NCBI GenBank assembly: GCA_021650915.1
Contig: CP091279.1
Coordinates: 1,620,001 to 1,652,000, forward strand
Source of the DNA: Candidatus Brocadia sp.
GTDB taxonomy: Bacteria; Planctomycetota; Brocadiia; Brocadiales; Brocadiaceae
DNA: 32,000 nt
Direction: 5' to 3'
Below are positions 1 through 6,821 of this stretch, in pieces (position 1 is the first letter of the stretch; the number at the start of each line of letters is the position of its first letter). The position numbers were made by a program, and so were the translations under genes. The notes under the pieces are model-generated. The model saw only the letters and a program-made list of their open reading frames with translations. It ran no database searches and was not told the DNA's origin.

Positions 1-1
1 T

Positions 2-238
2 GTACACTTTCCGACCGATATGAATTTATTGTGGGATGCGGGACGCAAGAGTCTGGACATGATAGAGGATGCAATAGAGGAAGGCATCCTGGCGGGGAAA
101 GGATGGCGCAAGAGCAAATATTGGAGGAGAGAGTTAAAAAAGCTGATGAGGATAAGCGCAAAGGCGTCAAGCAGCGGGGGGGAAAAACAAGGAAGAGCAT
201 GTGAGGAGTTACTTGGAATTATCGAGGGGTTTGAGTGA
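2..238 (+). CDS. Transposase orfA, C-terminal fragment (5' end outside the window)
   Basis: Translation (..HFPTDMNLLWDAGRKSLDMIED..GIIEGFE*) is identical to the C-terminus of the 246-aa ORF at 5040-5780. Confidence 0.8.
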   Translation, partial: VHFPTDMNLLWDAGRKSLDMIEDAIEEGILAGKGWRKSKYWRRELKKLMRISAKASSSGGEKQGRACEELLGIIEGFE

Positions 239-962
239 AAAGATAGGAGCGAGTCTGTTAGCCATCTACGAAAAGGTGCTAACGACGAACCAGGTAGACA
301 AGCATGCAGGGAAAATAGGGACACTGGAGTATTTTCACGGGATGTTGAATAAACAGATAGACCTGGTGGAGAGAAGGGTGATCCGGGATGAGGTAATACC
401 GGCGGCAGAAAAGGTTCATTCGTTGTTTGAGCCGCATACGGAGTGGCTGTACAAAGGCAAGTCAAACAAAAGGGTAGAGTTGGGACATAATATTCTGGTA
501 GCAAGCGATCAGTGGGGTTTCATCGTGGACCATGTGGTAGGAGAAAAACAGGCGGATGTATCGTTGGTAATTCCATTGGCAGATAGGTTGTTGAGCCGTT
601 ACGGAGAAGGCACAATAAAGAGTATAAGTTTTGATAAAGGTTTTTACAAGAAAGAGAATAAAGAGTTGCTGAGTTTGTATATACCAGAGGTAATCCTTCC
701 CAAGAAGGGCAAGAAGAATAAGGCGGAACAGGAAGAGGAATCGGGTAAGACATTTAAGAAGCTAAGGCACAAGCACTCGGCGGTAGAATCGGATATCAAT
801 CGTTTGGAGCATCACGGCTTGGATAGGTGTCCGGACAAAGGGCTGCATGCCTTTAAAAGATATTGTGCAATGGGCGTGTTAGCTGCGAATTTGCACAAGC
901 TGGGAAACGTGCTGCAGGAGAAGGCACGGAAGCAGTGCGAAAAGTTGCGAAAAGCCGCCTAA
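201..962 (+). CDS. Transposase orfB (DDE domain, C-terminal half), in the +1 frame relative to orfA
   Basis: The 253-aa product is identical to 5743-6504. ..LVASDQWGFIVDH.. and ..HKHSAVESDINRLEHHGLDR....AANLHKLG resemble the second Asp and the Y/R/E C-terminal block of IS4/IS5/IS1182-type DDE transposases. Confidence 0.85.
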   Translation: MRSYLELSRGLSEKIGASLLAIYEKVLTTNQVDKHAGKIGTLEYFHGMLNKQIDLVERRVIRDEVIPAAEKVHSLFEPHTEWLYKGKSNKRVELGHNILVASDQWGFIVDHVVGEKQADVSLVIPLADRLLSRYGEGTIKSISFDKGFYKKENKELLSLYIPEVILPKKGKKNKAEQEEESGKTFKKLRHKHSAVESDINRLEHHGLDRCPDKGLHAFKRYCAMGVLAANLHKLGNVLQEKARKQCEKLRKAA

Positions 963-1127
963 GCAAGCAAAAAACACGAAGAAAAACAGTCTGCCGGGAG
1001 GCAGGTACGCCCAGACAAGGCTAAAATAAAGGGGAAAACAAGGGAAATATGTAAAAGAACAGTATTTTTGCCAAAAACCCTAATCTCAAATCTTAAAATT
1101 ATCTATTGGTAAATAGAAAATCGACCT

Positions 1128-1156
1128 CGCACTTTTACAAAAAGTGCGTTTTCGTT
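1128..1156 (+). terminator. Hairpin plus T-run inside the IS right end
   Basis: CGCACTTTT-ACA-AAAAGTGCG is a perfect 9-bp stem followed by TTTTCGTT. It is repeated identically at 6670-6698. Confidence 0.5.
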
Positions 1157-1263
1157 CAGACACTACGTACTTGTAAAACCTTGATTACAATTATTTTGTC
1201 GATTGTTTTCCGTACGTCTGTCAACCCTCCATTCTGCAAAATGCTTTTGAAGTTTACACAAAA

Positions 1264-1315
1264 TAAAAAAGCCTTACTGCAAAAATGTTCATCCAAACAT
1301 CTTCGGCAGTAAGGC
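1264..1315 (-). terminator. Intrinsic terminator / expression platform of riboswitch A
   Basis: The minus strand reads AGCCUUACUGCCGAAGAUGUU-UGGAUG-AACAUUUUUGCAGUAAGGCU followed by UUUUUU. This gives a stem of about 21 bp including G-U pairs. It is paralogous to the hairpin at 27872-27924. Confidence 0.75.
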
Positions 1316-1332
1316 TATCTTTTTGTCGCTAC

Positions 1333-1428
1333 AGCAAGTTCGTCTTTCGCTACCTACGTCCGTGTACGTCTGGAAAAGACCCTTTACTTTGCGTCCCCTG
1401 ATCACTCAGGGTTTGCCCTTATCGTGAT
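1333..1428 (-). promoter_or_regulatory. c-di-GMP-I (GEMM-I) riboswitch aptamer, copy A
   Basis: The minus strand reads CACGAUAAGGGCAAACC-CUGA-GUGA-UCAG-GGGACGCAAAGU...ACGUAGGUAGCGAAAG. Compare my recollection of the Vibrio cholerae Vc2 aptamer: CACGCACAGGGCAAACCAUUC-GAAA-GAGUGGGACGCAAAGCC...CCGGUAGGUAGCGGGG. Shared elements are the GGGCAAACC junction, a GNRA-capped P1b, the GGGACGCAAAG core and an identical GUAGGUAGCG 10-mer. Confidence 0.8.
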
Positions 1429-1448
1429 ATATTTTATTTCATAATCTT

Positions 1449-1486
1449 TGTGTTAGTGTGTTAGTGTGTTAGTGTGTTAGTGTGTG
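1449..1486. repeat. Tandem octamer (TGTGTTAG)x4 plus partial TGTGTG
   Basis: Direct reading: four perfect TGTGTTAG units at 1449-1480, then TGTGTG at 1481-1486. Confidence 0.95.
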
Positions 1487-1597
1487 TAAAATACAATACG
1501 AATCGTATTTCTGTCAAGCAAAAAATAAAAACCATTTTTAAATGAGTATTCAGAATCGTTCAGGATGACTAAAAAGAAATCCCGAATGTAAAATGTA

Positions 1598-1625
1598 TTG
1601 CCATAAGCATCAAAAAGAGTATAAT
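1598..1625 (+). promoter_or_regulatory. Sigma70-like promoter for the antitoxin/relE operon
   Basis: TTGCCA (1598-1603), a 16-nt spacer, then TATAAT (1620-1625), about 85 nt upstream of the ATG at 1709. Confidence 0.5.
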
Positions 1626-1708
1626 TTTAAAAGACTCCTTAGTTAATGCACTTTAATAAACTTTACTTTGGTAATGGTCTAGTAACGTTACTTCTAAAGG
1701 AGAAAAAT

Positions 1709-1930
1709 ATGGCTACAACCATGAAGCAAGAAAATAAATCAATCAAGGTTAAGCAATATATAATAGATGATAATGGACGAAAGGTAGCTGCAATTATTGA
1801 GATGGAAGAACTCAACCGATTAGAGGAATTGCTTGAGGATTTATCAGATATAAAATCTATTGAAGACAGAAAAAATGAGCCCGATGAGGATTATGAAACC
1901 TATAGCACCAAAAGAAAGTCACAATTATAG
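1709..1930 (+). CDS. Type II antitoxin (Phd/YefM-like or RelB-like), 73 aa
   Basis: AGGAG lies 6-7 nt upstream of ATG 1709, an in-frame internal start of ORF 1646-1930. The product is small with an acidic C-terminus. Its stop TAG overlaps the GTG start of the downstream RelE-family toxin. Confidence 0.7.
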   Translation: MATTMKQENKSIKVKQYIIDDNGRKVAAIIEMEELNRLEELLEDLSDIKSIEDRKNEPDEDYETYSTKRKSQL

Positions 1931-2184
1931 TGTATAAGTTAATTATGAAAAAATCGGCAAGGAAGGAACTTGATAATATCTCCAACCCCTTCTTCTTAAA
2001 AATTGACGAGGCAATCTTAGCTCTAAAAAATAATCCACATCCTTATCCTCAATCTAAAAAATTAAAAGGCGAAGATAAGTACAGATTACGCGTGGGTGAC
2101 TTCAGGGTAATTTACACCGTTGATGAAAAGCAAAAAATTATCTCAATATATCGCATTAGACATCGTAAAGACATCTACCGATAA
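1930..2184 (+). CDS. relE: RelE/ParE-family type II toxin (mRNA interferase), 84 aa
   Basis: MYKLIMKKSARKELDNI...YRLRVGDFRVIYTVDEKQKIISIYRIRHRKDIY matches the RelE/ParE pattern (KxA.K.L at the N-terminus, RVGDYR(vi)Y core, HRK(d/e)iY at the C-terminus). It is translationally coupled to the antitoxin. Confidence 0.85.
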   Translation: MYKLIMKKSARKELDNISNPFFLKIDEAILALKNNPHPYPQSKKLKGEDKYRLRVGDFRVIYTVDEKQKIISIYRIRHRKDIYR

Positions 2185-2219
2185 TCCTGTTTTGTGATGT
2201 GTTTACAACGACAATATGT

Positions 2220-2471
2220 TTAGTCGATGTCAATTCGCATATCCTCTTTAAATTCTTCTAATGTTGAAATAGATACCTGGTATTTGCCCTGTGTTCTCAG
2301 AAAAGAAATCCTATCCATACCTGCAAGCCGTGCCGCCTTACCAGATGACAGCTTGCCAAGCTCATAAAGCTTTACGGCTGCGGCTGTTTTTAATTCATGA
2401 GAAAAATCGTCTTTTGTTTCTTTTAATAATACCAAGATTTCATCTGGATATTCGATTGTTAATGTTGCCAT
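2220..2471 (-). CDS. UPF0175-family antitoxin-like protein, 83 aa, with no cognate toxin gene
   Basis: ..IEYPDEIL.....FSHELKTAAAVKLYELGKLSSGKAARLAGMDRISFL.. matches the UPF0175 signature (LY..GKLS.GKAA.LAGM.R.EF). Only 35 nt separate its stop from the converging relE stop. Confidence 0.75.
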   Translation of the reverse strand: MATLTIEYPDEILVLLKETKDDFSHELKTAAAVKLYELGKLSSGKAARLAGMDRISFLRTQGKYQVSISTLEEFKEDMRIDID

Positions 2472-2670
2472 ACTTCACCTCATTTATAATTTGAGCTTTC
2501 TTCAGAACTTGTAAAATAGAATTGAATGATTTCACAAATATTATATCGATATCCAACACATGTCAACTTAAACCACACCAAAATACAATATCGTGCAATG
2601 TCTTATGAGTTGAAATCCCCCTTGAATTACTGTGATAAAATTTATTGCCTATGGTATCAAAAATAGTATA

Positions 2671-2715
2671 ACCTAAATCCTGCAACAAGGCTTTGCCTTG
2701 TTGCAGGATTTAGGT
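2671..2715 (-). terminator. Perfect 20-bp hairpin downstream of cimA (probable terminator)
   Basis: ACCTAAATCCTGCAACAAGG-CTTTG-CCTTGTTGCAGGATTTAGGT. On the minus strand it is followed by TATACTATTTTTGA. It lies 115 nt past the cimA stop. Confidence 0.55.
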
Positions 2716-2829
2716 ATCAAAATGGGGCATACCATTCCCGTAATTGATGGAATAAACGTCAACATTAAGGAAGTAGTTTGATGACTTGGAATTTTTATGG
2801 CATGGAGCTTATCTCTTTATATCCAAGCC

Positions 2830-4404
2830 CTATCCTTTCGTCTTACCTTCCTGCTCTTTTAACAATTTATACTCAATACTATCCACAAGGGCATACCAGC
2901 TTGCTTCAATAACATTTTCCGACACCCCAACCGTATTCCAGATATTTTCCTTATCCTGGGACTCAATAATTACCCTGACCTTAGCAGCCGTTCCCGAACG
3001 GGGATTGATCACGCGCACTTTATAGTCCACCAGCTTCATATCCTTCAACGAAGGATAGAACCGCTCCAGCGCCTTGCGCAATGCGGAGTCAAGGGCATTC
3101 ACCGGACCTGCCCCCTCACTTGCAGAAAGCTCCTGAATCTTGTTCACCTTAATCTTAACCGTCGCCTCCGTTACCGGCAATCCGTTTTCCCTCTTCTCCA
3201 CAATCACCCGAAACCCTTCCAAGTCAAAAAAGGTTTTGTAACGGCCGATCTTCTTTCTCACCAGTAATTCAAAGGATGCCTCAGCCGATTCAAACTGATA
3301 CCCTTCATTCTCCAGGCTTTGCACCTCCTCAAGGATATCTTTCATGAACTTGCTGTCATACGTCAGATGAAATTTTTCTACCTTGGCAAGGATTGTAGAA
3401 CTACCGGAAAGCTCGGAGATCAGGATCTTTCTTTCGTTTCCTACCGATTCCGGTGGAATATGTTCATAGGTGCCTTTATCTTTCTGAATGGCATTGACGT
3501 GCAGTCCGCCCTTGTGGGCAAAGGCGCTCGTCCCCACAAAGGGCTGATTGGAGCGCAAAAGTAAATTGGCCGTCTCATACACATACCTGGACACCTCCGT
3601 TAGTTTCCTCAGCCCCCCGTCTTCCAGACAGTGATATCCCATCTTCAGGACAAGATTGGGAATAATAGAGCAGAGGTCTGCGTTCCCGCACCGCTCGCCA
3701 ATCCCATTGATCGTGCCCTGCACTTGCCTGACCCCCTGATTCACGGCAGCAAGGGTATTGGCTACGGCAAGGTCACCATCGTTGTGGACGTGTACACTGA
3801 GCATCCCCTTTATCTTTTCCCTGACAACTCCGACAATCTCAGCTATTTCCGCCGGTAAACTTCCCCCATTCGTATCACAGAGCACGAGGGCGTCGGCGCC
3901 TGACTCCTGAGCCGCCTGCAAAACCTTTACTGCATATTCCTGATTCTTTTTATAGCCATCAAAAAAATGTTCGGCATCAAAAAAAACCTCTTTGCCCTTT
4001 GCTTTCAGATAGGCAATGGTATCGGCAACCATCCGCAGATTTTCTTCGAGCGAGACCTTTAATACGTTTCTTACCTGAAAATCCCAGCTCTTTCCCACAA
4101 TGGCCACCACAGGCGTATCCGCCATAAGCAGTGCATGAATATTTTTATCATCCTCGACACGCTTATCTGCCCTCCGTGTACTCCCAAAAGCAGCGATTTT
4201 GGCGTGTCGAAGTTTCAGGGATTTTACCTCCTTAAAATAGGATTCATCCTTGGGATTCGCTAGCGGGTAACCGCCTTCTATATAGTCTATCCCAAGATCG
4301 TCTAATTTCAAAGTAATGACCAGCTTGTCCTGCAAAGAAAATGAAATCCCTTCGCCCTGGCTGCCATCCCGTAGTGTCGTGTCGTAAATAAATATCCTGT
4401 TCAT
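2830..4404 (-). CDS. cimA: Citramalate synthase / LeuA-family (2-isopropylmalate synthase-like) enzyme, 524 aa
   Basis: The N-terminal [17 protein letters not shown] and the [17 protein letters not shown] (HxH) motifs belong to the DRE-TIM aldolase LeuA/CimA family. The length and C-terminal regulatory domain fit the CimA-type (LeuA_rel) group. Confidence 0.85.
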   Translation of the reverse strand: MNRIFIYDTTLRDGSQGEGISFSLQDKLVITLKLDDLGIDYIEGGYPLANPKDESYFKEVKSLKLRHAKIAAFGSTRRADKRVEDDKNIHALLMADTPVVAIVGKSWDFQVRNVLKVSLEENLRMVADTIAYLKAKGKEVFFDAEHFFDGYKKNQEYAVKVLQAAQESGADALVLCDTNGGSLPAEIAEIVGVVREKIKGMLSVHVHNDGDLAVANTLAAVNQGVRQVQGTINGIGERCGNADLCSIIPNLVLKMGYHCLEDGGLRKLTEVSRYVYETANLLLRSNQPFVGTSAFAHKGGLHVNAIQKDKGTYEHIPPESVGNERKILISELSGSSTILAKVEKFHLTYDSKFMKDILEEVQSLENEGYQFESAEASFELLVRKKIGRYKTFFDLEGFRVIVEKRENGLPVTEATVKIKVNKIQELSASEGAGPVNALDSALRKALERFYPSLKDMKLVDYKVRVINPRSGTAAKVRVIIESQDKENIWNTVGVSENVIEASWYALVDSIEYKLLKEQEGKTKG

Positions 4405-4553
4405 ATTCGTAAAATTCGTAAGTAATTCAAACCAATCCCTAACGCAGCACGGTCGAACCTCCCCCTCAAACCGGGTGCATCCCGATTATTGTAAATCAGG
4501 TTAACCGGGTAGACATTGTCCGCCAAACATCTCCTTCACGTTGCCTGTTTTTT

Positions 4554-4574
4554 GGTGGGCAATGCCCACCCTAC
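4554..4574. repeat. REP-like palindrome GGTGGGCA-A-TGCCCACC with a CTAC head
   Basis: 8-bp perfect arms immediately followed by CTAC. Confidence 0.6.
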
Positions 4575-4824
4575 TCCTGGAAAATGTGAAGGTGCTTCAA
4601 ATTATCGATAAATATTGTTCAGAATTGATGATGTTAGCAACGGCAGAATATCTTGTCAAGCTTAAAGAATCATGCAGAAAGAATGACACTATGGGGTAAT
4701 CACTGCCCATGCAAACACAATGGCTTTCAGAAAAGATTGTTTTCTTAATTGACCAAACAATGAATATTTATTTATAATGTTAAATTAGGCTGCATTTGGC
4801 AGCGATTTGTAAAGCTCCCCTTAT

Positions 4825-4853
4825 TGTAGGGCGACCAGGCTGGTCGCTCTACA
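4825..4853. repeat. REP-like palindrome TGTAGGGCGACCAG-G-CTGGTCGCTCTACA
   Basis: Arms match 13/14 and are bounded by GTAG...CTAC. It directly abuts the left end of IS copy 2. Confidence 0.6.
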
Positions 4854-5039
4854 TAGTGTTTGAACGGAAACCCCCCAGAGCCCTGTAAAGTAAGGAGAAG
4901 CTGGTGAAAAATGTTCATGAAAGTCATTGAATTTTTTCGGGTAAAAGGGTAAAATATGGCGAAAATGAAGGGATTCTGGGTATAAAGAGTCCAAATATTC
5001 GGTTCATTAACCCACTAGCCAAAGGACATTCGATAGAAG

Positions 5040-5780
5040 ATGAGAAAGAGATTTGAGCAGCAATTGAAGCTTGGCATCATACCCATTTCAGGGGTAAAAC
5101 TGCCAATAAAGAGTCGAGATGAGCTACCACCGATACTGAGGGCGTTGCAACATATCTATGTTACACCGGAGTTGAACGAGGAGGTATTCCGGATATTAGA
5201 GGCGAAGGTAACGAAGGGGAAGAAAAAGACGGGAAGATATGGGATGGATTTATGGCATATTTTGGTGTTGTCGGTGGTAAGATTAGGGTTAGATGCCGAT
5301 TATGACAGGTTGGAGGATTTTGCCAACCATCACAAACTTATCAGGCAGATAATGGGGGTTGAGACGGCATTTGGAGAGGCGAAGGTTTTTTCGATGCAGA
5401 GCATCAAGGACAATATAAGATTGTTGGATGAGGAGACCCTCAGGCAGATAAATGAAGTGGTGATATCATCGGGGCATCAGTTGGTTAAAAAAAAGGACGA
5501 AGGACTGTGTATTAAGGTGGATACGTATGTGTTAGAGACGAATGTACACTTTCCGACCGATATGAATTTATTGTGGGATGCGGGACGCAAGAGTCTGGAC
5601 ATGATAGAGGATGCAATAGAGGAAGGCATCCTGGCGGGGAAAGGATGGCGCAAGAGCAAATATTGGAGGAGAGAGTTAAAAAAGCTGATGAGGATAAGCG
5701 CAAAGGCGTCAAGCAGCGGGGGGGAAAAACAAGGAAGAGCATGTGAGGAGTTACTTGGAATTATCGAGGGGTTTGAGTGA
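5040..5780 (+). CDS. Transposase orfA (N-terminal half, carries the first catalytic Asp region)
   Basis: 246 aa. ..KVDTYVLETNVHFPTDMNLLWDA.. is typical of the N-terminal catalytic block of IS4/IS5/IS1182-type DDE transposases. Confidence 0.85.
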   Translation: MRKRFEQQLKLGIIPISGVKLPIKSRDELPPILRALQHIYVTPELNEEVFRILEAKVTKGKKKTGRYGMDLWHILVLSVVRLGLDADYDRLEDFANHHKLIRQIMGVETAFGEAKVFSMQSIKDNIRLLDEETLRQINEVVISSGHQLVKKKDEGLCIKVDTYVLETNVHFPTDMNLLWDAGRKSLDMIEDAIEEGILAGKGWRKSKYWRRELKKLMRISAKASSSGGEKQGRACEELLGIIEGFE

Positions 5781-6504
5781 AAAGATAGGAGCGAGTCTGT
5801 TAGCCATCTACGAAAAGGTGCTAACGACGAACCAGGTAGACAAGCATGCAGGGAAAATAGGGACACTGGAGTATTTTCACGGGATGTTGAATAAACAGAT
5901 AGACCTGGTGGAGAGAAGGGTGATCCGGGATGAGGTAATACCGGCGGCAGAAAAGGTTCATTCGTTGTTTGAGCCGCATACGGAGTGGCTGTACAAAGGC
6001 AAGTCAAACAAAAGGGTAGAGTTGGGACATAATATTCTGGTAGCAAGCGATCAGTGGGGTTTCATCGTGGACCATGTGGTAGGAGAAAAACAGGCGGATG
6101 TATCGTTGGTAATTCCATTGGCAGATAGGTTGTTGAGCCGTTACGGAGAAGGCACAATAAAGAGTATAAGTTTTGATAAAGGTTTTTACAAGAAAGAGAA
6201 TAAAGAGTTGCTGAGTTTGTATATACCAGAGGTAATCCTTCCCAAGAAGGGCAAGAAGAATAAGGCGGAACAGGAAGAGGAATCGGGTAAGACATTTAAG
6301 AAGCTAAGGCACAAGCACTCGGCGGTAGAATCGGATATCAATCGTTTGGAGCATCACGGCTTGGATAGGTGTCCGGACAAAGGGCTGCATGCCTTTAAAA
6401 GATATTGTGCAATGGGCGTGTTAGCTGCGAATTTGCACAAGCTGGGAAACGTGCTGCAGGAGAAGGCACGGAAGCAGTGCGAAAAGTTGCGAAAAGCCGC
6501 CTAA
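5743..6504 (+). CDS. Transposase orfB (C-terminal half of the DDE domain), +1 frame
   Basis: 5743-5040 = 703 = 3n+1. This frame is open from 5698, so a fusion is possible anywhere in 5698-5780. Confidence 0.85.
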   Translation: MRSYLELSRGLSEKIGASLLAIYEKVLTTNQVDKHAGKIGTLEYFHGMLNKQIDLVERRVIRDEVIPAAEKVHSLFEPHTEWLYKGKSNKRVELGHNILVASDQWGFIVDHVVGEKQADVSLVIPLADRLLSRYGEGTIKSISFDKGFYKKENKELLSLYIPEVILPKKGKKNKAEQEEESGKTFKKLRHKHSAVESDINRLEHHGLDRCPDKGLHAFKRYCAMGVLAANLHKLGNVLQEKARKQCEKLRKAA

Positions 6505-6669
6505 GCAAGCAAAAAACACGAAGAAAAACAGTCTGCCGGGAGGCAGGTACGCCCAGACAAGGCTAAAATAAAGGGGAAAACAAGGGAAATATGTAAAAGA
6601 ACAGTATTTTTGCCAAAAACCCTAATCTCAAATCTTAAAATTATCTATTGGTAAATAGAAAATCGACCT

Positions 6670-6698
6670 CGCACTTTTACAAAAAGTGCGTTTTCGTT
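6670..6698 (+). terminator. Hairpin plus T-run inside the IS right end (copy 2)
   Basis: Identical to 1128-1156. Confidence 0.5.
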
Positions 6699-6821
6699 CA
6701 GACACTACATAGGCTGACGGGGTGTTTCCGGCAATTTTACACACCCTGTATCCCCTCTTTCCAGAGGGGACTCATAATATACGTTTAAAATTCCTTAACA
6801 TTCAAGAAATCGGAGGAAAAC

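Larger units (their letters stand above)
1..1166 (+). mobile_element. IS4/IS5-superfamily insertion sequence, copy 1 (right ~1.17 kb only; the left part lies outside the window)
   Basis: nt 1-1166 are identical by eye to nt 5543-6708 (offset 5542). This covers both transposase ORF segments and the non-coding right end. Identity stops after ...GACACTAC (1166/6708). Confidence 0.9.
4854..6708 (+). mobile_element. IS4/IS5-superfamily insertion sequence, copy 2 (complete, ~1.86 kb)
   Basis: Terminal inverted repeats: left TAGTGTTTGAACGGAAAC (4854-) against the reverse complement of the right end, TAGTGTCTGAACGAAAAC (16/18). The right boundary is set by loss of identity with copy 1 after 6708. 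Ends are uncertain by +/-3 nt, and a TA or CA target duplication is possible. Confidence 0.9.

Noticed and set aside
1106-1312. 68-aa plus-strand ORF
   Set aside because: It runs from the IS right end across the junction into the riboswitch-A terminator hairpin. It has no RBS, and its sequence is explained by the IS terminus plus the RNA element.
1449-1486. The octamer array considered as a CRISPR or minisatellite locus
   Set aside because: The units are 8 nt with no spacers, so this is not a CRISPR architecture. It is reported only as a tandem repeat.
4405-4553. Possible leader/attenuator upstream of cimA (direct ACCCGGTT repeats on the minus strand)
   Set aside because: I could identify no leader peptide, T-box or terminator/antiterminator pair. 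The evidence is insufficient to call a regulatory RNA.
5477-6046. 189-aa (and 76/77-aa) ORFs antisense to the IS transposase, with their duplicates at 520-753
   Set aside because: They lie fully within and antisense to a well-supported transposase. The Pro/Ser/Leu-rich low-complexity translation is typical of antisense frames.
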